NCBI RefSeq assembly: GCF_006345805.1
Contig: NW_021835996.1
Span: 186,001 to 250,000 of the forward strand
Length of the DNA: 64,000 bases
Origin: Octopus sinensis
Lineage: Eukaryota
Direction of reading: 5' to 3'
Positions 36,853 to 49,891 of this stretch are shown here, piece by piece (positions within the stretch are counted from its first letter, which is position 1; each line of letters begins with the position of its first letter). The notes under the pieces were generated by a model. It worked only from the letters and a program-made list of their open reading frames with translations, did not search any database and was not told the DNA's origin. A program made the translations under genes and the position numbers.

Positions 36853-39800
36853 ATGGTTGGTTTTTCGCAGTCTGAAAAAGTCATTCCCATTGACGGATCC
36901 ACAGAAATTTTAACAAATGGAACTCAAGAAAGTGTGGACCTGACAGTTCATGGTCATCCTGATGCCCTGGGCAATTGTAATTACAATAACGGACCTCCAC
37001 AGACTCCTTCAACTTTGATTCCCATGAAAGCTATTTGTGAGTCAATCGAATCTTCCAACCCTGAAGAATGGATGTCATCTCTATTGATTTGTGTCAAAGA
37101 CCGTCTTAAACGAGTCCCAGAGGAGGTTGACCGCTCATTGCTACTTATTTTAATTCCAAATTTGGAAAAAAGAAATCAGTCTATGAATTAAAAATACTCG
37201 CTTCTGTCTTCTGGAATAAAAGCGAAATTACCAAAAATGAAAATAAAACGAATAATAATTCCCCTGATTTGGCATTTTACAACAAGGTGCATGTGGAATT
37301 ATTAATTCAAATTGATGCAAATAATTCTAAAACAATCGATGCGAGGCAACAGACAAGGAAGATACCGTCTCAATATGTAAATCACGAGTTAATCGAAATA
37401 ATAAATAAATCATTGATCGAATATACAACAAACAACCTACCTACAAGTATTGAAGATATTTCAATGTGTGTATCAACAAATTACAATGAAAGATTCAATT
37501 AAAACGAATTGGAAGCAGAGAATACAAAATAAAATTGAGTCTTTGACTGAAAAAAATATATTAATATCAAAATACTTTATGTCTACTATCAAAGACGAAG
37601 AAAAGAAGAAAGTCTGACATTTTATGTTCTTACAATTACAAAAAATCCAAAAGGGGAGAATTTGAAAGAATCTCGACAACAATCACAGACCAGATCCGAA
37701 TCCTAAACAAAAAGGTGTCTATTGCAGATTCAAGACGACAGTACGGAATTATTAATTGGAAGTTTGAGTTGAATCGATGGTCGTTCTACAGAAACCTACA
37801 TTCTAACTCTGATAATGCTCAGATTGTTTGTTTCGACACATCTGATTGTCTCAAATTTTGGATGGACGTCTGGAAGAAAAAGGACAAAAATGAGTTAAGT
37901 TTTGGAGTGAATAAGAAAGTTACTGGTGCTGAGCACCATGACTCCGACATCAATGACGAGTTTATTTTAAACTTAATTGAATCCCTTCCTAACTGGAGAG
38001 CTCCGGGATGTGATTGTGTATACAATTTTTTCATCAAAAAATTGGATTCTCTCCACAAATTCCTATTTCAAGAAATCAGAAATATTATTAACGGAACTAT
38101 AGTCACCCGCAAAGTTGGTTTTATACTGTAATCACTTACCTGATCCCAAAGAAAGCAACCTCTATTGACCCCAAGGACCTCAGACCGATCACATGTATGC
38201 CATGTTTGTACAAACTGGTTACAAAGTGTGTGAATGAAAAAATTGCAATATATGCCGACACTTACAATTTGATAACTGAGTACCAGCTCGGAACTAAACG
38301 ACATTGTCAAGGAGCAAAAGAACTTGCACTTTTAAACATATGCGTCAACAGAGCGATAATAAATTATTTTGTGCATGGATCGACGTCAAGAAAGCGTTTG
38401 ACTCAGTTAATCATGACTTTCTTGTTGAAATCCTCGAAAACTCTTAGCTGCCTAATTGGATAACTAGTTTTATTATGTCAATTATTCCAAACTAGAAAGT
38501 CTCTTTGAGATTGGGAAAAAAAACAGCTGGGAACTGTTAATATAGAACGTGGTATACTCCAAGGCGACTCTCTGTTGCCCCAATTATTTGTACTTGTTTT
38601 GAATCCGTTAAGTAGACTTTTATCTCCAAAATATCCAAATATTTCGATAAATTCTGGTGGCATTAATTCCTTAACCTTTTCTACAAATCACTTCCTTTTC
38701 ATTGACGACTTGAAGCTATTGTCCAAAGAAGAGGAGACATTGGCGTGGATGATGGAAGATGTGAACTATTACTTTGAATCATCTGGACTGGAGAGGAATT
38801 TCGATAAATCAGCAACAAATAGTTACCTATTAAGAAATGATGGTAAATTGATAGATGGTCTGGACAGCTACAGATATTTGGGAGTTTTAGAAAACAGATG
38901 TAGTAAAGTACTCAAAGAAGACGTACTCAAAAATATTAAAGAAGAAATGCAAAACCGTATTGAAAAGTTATCGGAAACTAAATTGAACTCAGTCAATTTA
39001 TTTAAAGCAATCAATGAACATGCTCTATCACCGTGCAATTATTATATTGGACTCATTGACTTAGAACCCTGTGAACTCGAAGAAATTGATAAATTAGTCA
39101 GAAAGATACTTATGAATTTAAATGTGCATATGAAACCAGCTTGCAAAGAAAGACTACTTACCGAGGAATATGTTTGGAAGGGGATTGATATCTATCACTT
39201 TCAAAGCTGAGAAAATGTTGCTTGATTTCAAAACAAGTCTGGAAAGGCGAAAATTTACTTCTCTGAGGAGTGCAGGAATTCTGTGGACTGAACAACAAAG
39301 AAAGTCACATATGGCCACAATCACAGAATTCTTGCGAATAAAATATGAATCAACCCAGCACATTGAACAGACACTAAAGAGTCTGTAGATTGAGCGTCTC
39401 TTATCAGCTATTAAAAAGAAAACTCTCCATTCAAAATTATTTGAATCACTTGATAATGAGACTTTCGATATACAGACATCCTCAAAATGGATTGTAAAAG
39501 GAAATATTTCTCCTAAATCTGAAGCATGTTCTTCTTTCTGCAGGACAGGAATATTTTCTTCCGCGAGCTTGGTTCGAAATGCCCACATTGCAAATCTTCT
39601 AATAAGACAGTCGACCATTTGGCAACTCGATGCAATAAAATTTGTTAAATGCATACACATGCACCTATGCAGAAAATTTGGATTCAAAAAATCAAAAGGT
39701 TAAAGACTCACTCTATCCAAAGCGTAATTACCAATGATCTTGCTGAATTACGAGTTGACACTACTATCTCTACCGAATCAAAAATTCAATATAACAAGCC

Positions 39801-40300
39801 GGACATTTTCCTATACGACAAAAAATTAAACCACATATGGCTAATAGAGATTGGAGTGACGTGTGTGGATAATTTAAAAGCAGTTGAAGTTGAAAAACTT
39901 CATAAATATGATATCCTGGCAAGTGAATTAGAAATCATTTACAAAGCCAAAATCAAAATACTTCCGATTGTCATTACCTGGGATGCGATCAGCTCCAAGT
40001 ATTTTAAAATATACATGGATTTGATTGGCATTAAAGACAGTGTTCTGGCATACATCCAAACGATTGCATTAAAGAAGACGTTGGAAGGAATGTTCGTAGA
40101 ATATAAACATGGTTTCGAAGACGTAATGACTTCTCAACAAAGATTATGCAGTGTAGAACACTCACCAAAGGGGAGCTAACTCGATGAAAAGGAGACATGA
40201 TGAGGTGACAGAAAACGAATACTCTGAGGAAGGACAGAATAATAGCAAGAGGATCACGAAAGATGATAAACTTTCAACAAACTCAGTGAAATGACCCAAC
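36853..40300 (+). mobile_element. RLE-type non-LTR retrotransposon (R2/R4/NeSL group), frameshifted
   Basis: Seen: WRAPGCD, QGDSLLPQLF, FIDDLK, CPHC...DHLATRC knuckle, and NKPDIFLYD...IEIG...EKLHKY nuclease. Confidence 0.85.
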
Positions 40301-40699
40301 TTTGTTAGTTTTCTTTCACACGGAGGTCTAGACGACGAAGTTCATGGAACTCAAAACCAACAAGCTTACAAAAAGGGTTTGACCCACATTCCTTTTGGGT
40401 CGAAACTAACTAATTTGGATACAAGATTAGAGCTTAAATTAAAAAGCAGATTTTTTAAACATAAAAAGCGATAGGCTATGGACAATCCTAATTAAACCCC
40501 TAATTGTTGAAGACGTATTTGATACAGTTCCCTATGCGGCCTTCGGCCGCGGTGTGTTTGATACAGACTTTTAGAAAGCTTAAAGATGTGAGATTTCTAG
40601 CAAAAATTCTAAAAACAATCCTAACCAAAAGCCTAATTGTTTTCTAAATTCATCTTTATTTAAAGATAGTTAGTTAACTAGTGTTAATCTGTAATTTTT

Positions 40700-41210
40700 T
40701 TTAATCGGGAGATATGTACATTAGCTATTTCTTCACCGTTAAGGCTCTGAATCGTAAACAGATTATCCTAGATTTTAACAACTGTATATGTATTTCTATC
40801 CAACTCATCATAGTGCGGATACCTTCTTATATTGGCATCATTGTCCTATTTATAATAAATTTTGATAGAGACTTGTTTCAGTAAAACTTTCGATCCAACT
40901 ATTATAGGGTCCTCATCGTATCTCCATTTTCGTTTATTTATCATTTTTTCTCCGGCAATAATTATATTCGTGTATGCATGTTCTCGTGCATCAGATATCG
41001 CGGAATCGATCTCATATGCCTTCATTCCTTCAAGATCCAGATCTGATATTGTATTTGGATATTCACAGCCCATAAAAATGTAAAAAGGAATTTGTTTCGT
41101 AGTATGCATCGTGTTGTTATAATCAAAAATTATATCTTTAATAATTTCTACATAGCGTCCAAATAGACCAGATGACGAGCTTGTTGAGGATATCCAACGT
41201 TTTACGCTTT
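40700..41210 (-). pseudogene. Ginger/Gypsy-like integrase C-terminal remnant
   Basis: Seen: NQSVKRW...YNNTMHTTKQIPF...GSKVLLK, parallel to the C-terminus of the Ginger transposase at 26251. Confidence 0.55.
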
Positions 41211-41634
41211 GGTTTAACCTAAATTTTATTTAATAATTGACTCCAGAATTCGATGTCGTCAATCGTTAACTACTTAATCTTAAATCACACTAACAACCAG
41301 TTTTATTCTCTTATTTAAAAAAATGACTAATTCAATGTGCTGAGAAAATGGGAGGTATTGGTCAAAGATGACTCACAAAATTCTGAGATGTTTGACAACG
41401 GATAGTTTTTCGTTGTATATATAGATCAGGACTGACGTTGAACTGTCGTCGGTCGGGAGTGAATAAGGTTACATATGGTTTTGACGGGGAAGGCATCTTG
41501 ACTCCATAGAATGGCATTGTCCTCATATTAGAGCCCGAATTCTGTTATTCTCGGCATTAAAACGTGGAATGGGGTATCTCTGCCAATGAAAGTCTATTAT
41601 TATTAAAACCAAGATCAGCGTCCAAAAAATAGAA

Positions 41635-42225
41635 CTAATTAATCAGGTGATCATGGCTTCTCTAAGGAGGGTCCTCATTTTTGCCCGGTGCTGCTCCCTA
41701 GTCCCGACACAGTATCTATGAGGGCGCGGTAGTGGAGTTTTAGGGTTTGTAGGCTCATGCTTCTTTTCCAAGATTTCTTTAAATGAGGCGATGGATAGAT
41801 GTTCATTTGATCTTTGCAGTGCTTTCCGAAATCTTTCTTGAGTTTTTTCGATTTTTTTCATGGTTCGTTTCACTGACCAACCCTCTCCACGCCCCACAAT
41901 CATAACTAATGAAGGGTTCGATGTATTGCCGGTAGATTGATTGGCGTGTGGGGAAGCTGATCTATTGCTTGCATTTTCGGAGGAACACTTTTAAGATGTT
42001 CAGTTTCTTCATGCAGCTGGTAGTAACATTTTCAACGACATATATGACTATCGTAAGTCACGCCGAGGATTTTCTGGGATTTTTTAAAAGGGGATTTCCA
42101 TGTTGTTTAGATATAAGTTCACTACCATTTTCTCAAGCTTCCTTGCTGAAGTCATAAGCGTAGTGACTGATTTTTCAGGACTAGTTGATAGTCGATTTAT
42201 CGAAAGCCAACTTTCGAGATTGTGG
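41635..42225 (-). mobile_element. 3' part of the same LINE family as 34300-36120, inverted
   Basis: Seen: reverse complement aligns with ~35535-36125, and both end at atcacctgattaattagtt. Confidence 0.85.
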
Positions 42226-42230
42226 AAGTA

Positions 42231-43950
42231 CAGTAAAGTCTCTTGAATCCGCCAATTTCGGGAATCGGTAAAATCTGGCGGATTCGAGAATTTGGCGGAT
42301 TCGAGAGACTTATCGATTTTTTAATCCATTAATAATTTAAATTATTAAGCCAAAATAATTAATTAAAAACAAAAAAATCAGTAAGTTTCGACTTGTTTCT
42401 TCTTAGAGTTTGGATCATTGAAGATCCAATGTTTTCAATATACTCAAGATTTTCTATATTAAAGAATTCTTCTTGATTATAGAACTCTTTTAATTTGTTT
42501 AAAGCGATAAAAGCCTCGTTAATGGTAACAACTTTCTGACTTTGTTCACACGGTTCTTCGCTAATTTCTTGTTCTATTTTTTCTGAATTATTTAATTCAA
42601 GTTCTTCACTTTCATTATATTCAATCTCAATATAAAGACTTTCTTCTAACGCAGGGGTGTCAAACATGCGGCCCTCAGCGTACTTTGCCAAACATAAGTG
42701 CGGTCTGATTTAATGGAGCTCAGGAGTACTGTTGATGCACATAATGTAATGAATTTTTCTCAGTATGAAAGACAACTAGAATCGTTGTTAAAGGAATTTC
42801 AAGAAAGATTTAATGATTTTTCGTCTTTTGAACAACAATTTTCATTATTCGCATCACCATTCTCTTTTAATGTTTCCAATGCAGATGAAAGTTTACAAAT
42901 GGAACTATTGGAAATCCAATCAGATTCTATACTTAAAGCTAAATATTTGGAGGTTGGAATACCTGCTTTCTTTTCATATCTTCCTGGAAAATTTAAAAAC
43001 TTTAAAAAGTTTGCTACAAAAATCATTGCTATGTTTGGTTTGACATATGTGTGTGAACAGCTTTTTTCATTTATGAAAATGACAAAAACTGCTCAAAGAA
43101 CAAGACTAACTGATGAACATTTATCCTCTTTAATAAAAGTCGGAACTACACAAATAGCTCAGCCTGACATATCAAAAATTGTATCCAAAAAAAGATGTCA
43201 ATCCTCTGGAAGCAGCTCTCACCAAAATTAAAGGGCGATAATTGAATAATTTAGTTTCTCTTATTTTGGTTATTCGTCATAATAAATATCAGAATTAATC
43301 TCCCTTAATGAGAAATTATTATAAATGCGGCCCTCAAAGCGAAATGAGTTTGACACCCCTGTTCTAACGGATCAATAATATCCATTTTTTCCAAAATATT
43401 ATCATAATTTTCAATTAAGGGATTTTCATAATTAATATTTTCATTGTTTTGAGTCCATTTTGCATGAATGAAACAATTTAAAATTAAGGAACTTTCTATT
43501 TTGTTCCAAGCATAATATGTAAATAATATTGAATCTTTTATGCTTAGTTGTTTGTGTGCAACATAGGGGTTTGTCCCAGCTTCAATTTTTTGAATTATAT
43601 TAGAAAATTTTAGAGAATTGAATTTACATTTATACGATTTAATTATGCCCTGATCCATGGGCTGTAAAAAAGATGTTGTATTAGGTGGTAGAAATAACAT
43701 CTCAATTTGTTTTAATTCAATCAATACCTAATGTAAATTTCATGAAATTCACCTTATGTGCAGGAGATTGATCTACAACAAGCAAAATTTTTCTATCTTG
43801 TTTTCGCAATTCCATTTCCCATTTTAATAGAAATTGATTAAAAATTCTGCTATCCATCCATGATCTCTTTGAATTTGAATATATAACATATTTTTTGATA
43901 TCGAAATTCTTGAAACATCTTGGATTTTTAAACAACCCAATTAGTAAGGT
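42231..43950 (-). mobile_element. pogo/Tigger-like element, 5'-truncated and interrupted by a hAT
   Basis: Seen: TA|CAGTAAAGTCTCTTGAATCCGCC, and SNSKRSWM...LLVVDQSPAH|...FLPPNTTSFLQPMDQG (DDE_1 motifs) with a 25-nt intron at 43728-43752. Confidence 0.85.
42652..43361 (+). mobile_element. Internally deleted hAT (SPIN-like), 710 bp
   Basis: Seen: perfect 14-bp TIR CAGGGGTGTCAAAC, TSD TTCTAACG, and only the C-terminal region (RFNDF...CEQLFS) retained. Confidence 0.95.
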
Positions 43951-44965
43951 AAAATATTGAATTATTTTTGTAATAATTTAATTTGTATATGTACTTTATG
44001 TTGTAAAAGAGTAAATTAATTAATTTTAAATCAAAGAGGGAAAACATAAACATTTATTGTTGGATGCATTACTTTGTTAAGTCTGAGGTATAAATAATAT
44101 AATATTTTCTGCTCGGTTTATTTTGTGAATTGGATAGAAATATTTTATTCACATACAACTTATGCGACTTAATTCCAGATTCTCTTCTTAACGGGTTATA
44201 CACGACTCAGTTTAATTACCAGGGAACATATCCTGGGATTCTCTATCTGTGGGAATTTCGTAATCTCTCTGTGCCCAGTCAGTCGGACAGATGATATATT
44301 TGAAACAGATTTTGCGTTTCACATTTGGGAATTCCGTTTTAGCGATCCAATGAAACTTGTAATTTGATTTTTAAAATGTTATTTCAGATTTTTACCACTT
44401 CAATAAACGTCGATTCAGATCACCTCGTGGAGGTGTACCAAGATATTAAAGGATCGAGAAATCTTGTGATCACAGCAAATCCATCCTTTGTGTACGAACA
44501 ACTGAATATTAAAAATAAAAAGTTCTAGTCAAAACAATTCGGAATTAGTCGATTTTGTGTATATTTTTCTGACAAAGCCAATTCCATTGGAGTCTGGGTG
44601 CTCTAATGTTCAAAAAATTCAAATTTCGTGCAAAATGTTGCCCAGTCAAACAAAGCAGAGACAACCCATCATTTTCCACAAATATAAAAATTCAGAGTAT
44701 TTTATTTGGGAGACTTATTGCGCTTTTTTAATCATTTCTGTGACCAATGGAGACTCCTTAGATTGTGCATTGCTGACATTTAGCAATAATTTATGGAGTT
44801 GTGATGACGATCAGTTGATGAATTATTCACGTTTTTTATTATTAAGTTGATTTTTTGATTTAGTCCAGTGGGGAGTTGTTTTGGACACAGTTTTTGGTGA
44901 TCCTTCCAGCACATTGCAGATTTGGTATGTCCTCACCTCCGAAGAAGTCGTCACTTTATTAATTA

Positions 44966-45987
44966 AATTTTTTGGAGGTGGAACGGAAGTTGATAATGTC
45001 GAAATCATTCAATGATTTTTCTAGAGCGAGACGATAGTCGTCCCAGGAAGCTCTTTGTAATTCGTATAACAACGCCGTTGAATGTCGATGTTTGATTTTA
45101 GGCCATTCTCAATAATAATCGGGCTGTGATCAGAATTTAGGTCGTAAATGACCTTCCAAGAAGTAAAAGGGGCCAGAATTGGAGTACACAGCGAGATGTC
45201 AGGAGAAGAAATTGCGTCGCCTTTCCTTGACGGTGTTCTGATGTGAGATGAGAGATTGTTGAGGATAACTAAACCATCAACTTGGTCGAATAGTAGAGAT
45301 CCTCTTGAGTTGAGAAATTGATTTTTTAGCCATATCGGGCTCTTTGCGTCCATATCACCACAAATAATAACATTGTTGAGGGACTGGAGGTTTTGAATAG
45401 AAGGGGTCCATCCATGAGGACATGACGAGTGAGGAGGTATGTACATATTGATGAGTCTCCTGGTTGATGACCCTGTAGAGACAGTTATAGCTGTCATTTC
45501 AATCACTTGGTCGTTGCCAATTAGCGAGTAAGCTTGGGAGGTACAGTTAGTGAACGGGATAGATTTTTTGATAAGAGTTAGTAGGCCACCCCCATTTACG
45601 GAGCCCGGTCTGTCCCGACGGATGTAAGAATAACCAGGGAAATCTGGCAAGCGATTTTTGGCCGAGAGCTTCGTTTCTTGCACCAAAGCAATGTCCACGT
45701 CGTGCTTCTCCATGAAGGAATAAAGTTCAGCAGTCTTCTGAGCAATTCCACTGATGTTGATCTACAAGATACGCAATAGGTTCTTCTTGTTGGGGCCAGG
45801 ATTTGGTTCAATGTCTCCGGAAAGGAGAAGGGTGAGTTTGATAAGCAAAGAGGTCCTTGGAAGCAACGGCTTCGCGCCTGCTCTGCTGCCACCGACGTCG
45901 CGGAATCGATCCGATCCGAGTAGTTTTGGGTCTTTTCGTAGTATAAAACTATCATTTGCCACCGCAAGAAGGTGACCCACATCGACA
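44966..45987 (-). mobile_element. 5' part of the LINE at 15153-18781 (2A-like motif and APE), without the SINE
   Basis: Seen: same flank gactaatttcttagctagc; LLLSGDIEPNPGP at 45792-45830. Confidence 0.9.
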
Positions 45988-46339
45988 GACTAATTTCTTA
46001 GCTAGCGTCTAATTTTTTTTTGGGACTTTCATTACCTCACTAATAGACAAGTCACTATAATTTCTATTTGAAAAATTATAAATAAATGTTTCTTCCAGGA
46101 AACACATAGAATATATCACAATCAGAAAACGCTGAAAAGTATCAAGCACAAACATTGGTTGAAAATGGAAACAAACTGTTCAGTAAATGAATATGAATTT
46201 ATCAATTCAAAAAGTCAGTTTGTTCACTTTCTTGTCCAGGAACAATCATTTTTATAGTAAAATTCGAATTCATAAGCAAATTTAAAAAATAGTTGAAAAA
46301 GAAAACATTAGTAATTTCACGCACACATTGAGAATTAAA

Positions 46340-47475
46340 CTAACTCACAACTGAATGTACATCAGTCTTGTTGTAAAGAAGATCAATTAAACTTGGCGAA
46401 TTTATTCCACGCAAGAAATTCTATGAAATAAGGGGAACTGAGCACACATGAATATATGTAAACGTATCAGCCGAGTCATCCAGTTCATAATCGAAAATAT
46501 TCATTAATTTAAAAAGCTTAATGATCAAAGCAGTCCTTTCTAATCTAATTTTGAACATAAATTTATCCACCTTTCAGGTCCACTAGATTGGAGAGTGCAG
46601 CGAAAAACGTCTTTTGGATCATTTACAAACAAAAGAATATTCGAAAAATATCGGGAAGAATTTAAAAGACTATATTCCCCCCGATTGATGATATCCTCGA
46701 AAATTTTCATCAAAAGTGGACCAAATCGTTCGTCTTCTGGCGAAAATTGAGACACAAGCCTATCTAAAACTCTGTTATGAAGTCGCATTTCGAGCAATTT
46801 CTTTCGAAATTATTTTACAGGAACTGACCTCGATTTTATACGGCAAAAACAGAGACGGAATGGGATATTGGTGCGAGGAATTGGGATAAAATATAGATTT
46901 ATACCGATCCATCTCAGTGAGAGATGGAGTTCGAAGTGTCCCGTCAATTTCTCTCTTCACAATAAGAGGAGACTATTATAGTCATATTTACAACACATTC
47001 TCTTTATCGAGCTCAACAAACACACAACTGTGTTTTGAAAAAGACGAAATTTCGGGATCTTGAGACAAAATTCTGGGCTCGATTATATGAGGAGGGACGA
47101 TAGGAACTGGCTGAAGCTGTTTTCTGAGTCTATTTTTAGCAGCAGCCAACATCTATAAATATTCACTTTCTACTTAGACAAACATTGGTGTAATCTTCCG
47201 ACGACATCAGAACTAATTTCGACCGATTTTTTCCTCCCATTTTTCTCAATTTTGTGTAATCCACGTCGGTTTGGTTGATTTGGAATAATAGAGTATTAAT
47301 TTCTTTATTCTTAAACCAATTGATGGCATTTTTAAAAGAATCCTTGTCCAGAGAGACGCCAATTTTGCAATAACTCCGAGATGTGTTCTTAACTGAGGTA
47401 AATGATTTTTATCAATTATTTTAATTAAAAATATCATTGGAAAGAATAATAAGAACCTAAAGTAAAAACACGCAT
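46340..47475 (-). CDS. MRPS22: Mitochondrial ribosomal protein mS22 (copy B)
   Basis: Seen: colinear with copy A; substitutions but no obvious frameshift. Confidence 0.78.
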
Positions 47476-48219
47476 GTACTAATAAATAAATTAATTTCAA
47501 TTGATACAAAAATTAATATATATAAATTCCAAATTCAATATTTTGTTAATTTAAAATTAATTAGATTACAATATGTTAAACAAGGCCAAGCCCGAATGCT
47601 TCAATCTACTTACTAGCAATATTAGAGCGTATCGTTTGCAGAGTTTTGTACGTTTCTCGTCCTTGGCGTTTCAGATTCTAAATTAAAGAGAGAATTTTTA
47701 TTTCCGGTTCCCCTCTGTCCTGCCATATTGTTTCCACGTCTATTCATTTAGAAGCCTTCTCCATGTCTCTTCTCTGTTGCATTAAACGAGTTTTCTCTCT
47801 TGCATCGATGACTGCGTAGTATAGTTTGATGAATCGTTTTCCCTATGAATATTCCATGTCAGTCAACATAGGTCTGTCCCATTATTCTTCGTCGTTGTTA
47901 TACACATGCCTTCCTGTATGGAGTCAGTATATTTTGGTGTTGTTCTTGTTGGCGATAGACAAGTACTCTACCTCGAACATGTCCTGAAGTATTCGGTCCA
48001 GACTGGAAGTGCAGTTGATGCCTACAAAGAACAGACAGAGGATATGTTGTGAATAAGGAGATGCTTTGAATTGCTCGAACTGCTCAAGGCCCATAAAAAG
48101 TCAATTCGGAGTGGAAAATTCGATAAGAAGTCTCCAGTCCTCACAGCGTGGTGACCACTCTAGTCAAAACAGAATCGAGTTTGCAGTAGCATTTGCTATT
48201 GTAGCGAATATATGTTTTC

Positions 48220-48593
48220 CATTTACAGTTTTATCATTTTTGAACTTAATGGAGGCATTCATGTCTGTATGGCCAAGTAATACATCCAAGAACTAATGAT
48301 TTTGTTCCAAGACACTCAGTTCAGTTATCCCCAGTTCAGTGCTGTCTTGGAATGCGCAATCACAGCCAAGGAATGCGGTGGGCATATTATTTCAGTTATA
48401 ACTTTGATAATATATTTAGGATGGAGATTGCGTATGTCCTGGAGACATTGTAAAAGCTTTCTCCGTTGGAGCCAGCTTTGTTATGATTGGTGGAATGTTT
48501 GCAGGGTACGATGAGAACGGAAGCGTAACCGAAACTGCTAACTCTTCTACAAAAACGATGTTATACCATACAGATCTCCAGCAAACACAATAA
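48220..48593 (+). pseudogene. GMPR: GMPR-like remnant (copy B)
   Basis: Seen: as copy A, but with VMIGGMFAG (closer to the family consensus) where A has VMIGEMFAG. Confidence 0.65.
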
Positions 48594-49149
48594 AATATGG
48601 AATTGATTTAAGTGAAAAATTAGTTCCCACAAACAGTCACAATTGGAGAACGTGTCTTGTGTTAAGTACACAAAATGCCTTATAAGACTGGTGCTATGTC
48701 ATATCGTCCGTTTCTTATAAAGTCCAACTTTTGCTCCCTGCAACTAAGCCAGTCAACACCCGCGAGTATTTTGGAACCAGAAATTGGTAAAAGAACATTT
48801 GTTTGTTGAACCCACAATGTAACGATCAGAAGATTAATGCAGTAGTGAAGGAAAACAAATATATTTTAGTTTTTTTAATACTTTTAGAGTAAACTTTGAA
48901 TACTTATAGGACAAAGAAGGCTCTTCTTTTTAGAACGTATGGCCAATGTGGAACTACAATTTTGAGAATTACATAAAGTCAGTTTTTGAATGGACAATTG
49001 TTTCCAAATTACAATACTTAGATATTCCCAATTTGACCAATGATTCCTCAGCAATGGTTTCCTGGTAAATATTCAATTTATTCGGATCTTATAAAAATGA
49101 TCTCATAAGAAAGAATTTTTTAGAAAAATGAAAAACAGAAATTTATAAA

Positions 49150-49891
49150 TCAGAAAGAAGCATTCCAAAGACCATCCCCGAGAAAGTGAATCACCTCAAT
49201 GGCAACTCCTTTATTTATTTTTAAACTTGAAATAATAAAAAAGAACACAAACATGTCCTGACTACTCATCCTGGTACGACCAATTGCAATCGAATATTCT
49301 TTGTCCTCAACTTTAATTGAATAAAAGTTAAGGAAATTAACTGCATAGTATTAAGTAATTTTAAATAAGTTTAAAGGATACGACAATTCTGCCCGCCGGC
49401 ACATCAGAAATGGATCCCCCAGGAGAAGTAAGGCCAGGACACATGATATTTGCCCCAGCAAAAATAAAAGGCACAGCGCCGAGATCAACTTGCATTTCCG
49501 GCAATAAAAAAGGATCTCCTTTTTACAAATATAAAAATACATCTGTGGAGCAGTCTCAATGTGGGGTACAACTTGTCTCTTATTTTGAAAAACAAATGTG
49601 AGCCATCCTCGTCGATGATTACTTCCACGTGATCTGAACTAATTAAAACTAAATATTTATTCATTTTACCATTTTACGAGTTTTGCTTTTGATTTTTTGT
49701 GCAAAATTGTTTCCAAATCATCCACAAATGGAGGATAGGATTTTATAAGCTGTTCTCTTATCGACCTAAGAGTTGTGGATCCAGCGATATTCATGCTAAT
49801 TACGCACTCCGAAGGCGAAAACCTGCGTCTTTATTGTAAAGTATATTAAATTTAGTGTTAAAATTTTATTTTTATATCACTTTTTGAACAT
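49150..49891 (-). CDS. MCTS1: MCT-1 (copy B)
   Basis: Seen: intact by inspection, with several synonymous differences from copy A. Confidence 0.9.

Noticed and set aside
40530-40560. Helitron 3' end
   Set aside because: The hairpin is not followed by CTRR, and it is flanked by a direct repeat, which Helitrons do not make.
44200-44960. Exon-like pieces and a possible RTE fragment
   Set aside because: Too degenerate to assign with support.
18558-45758. UAG-to-Gln recoding, suggested by TAG at Gln-like positions (LRIL*INI in both LINE copies; KSL*IERL at ~39386)
   Set aside because: All cases lie in decayed elements and are single C-to-T changes from CAG. The two LINE copies share one ancestor. 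I found no in-frame TAG in conserved host exons.
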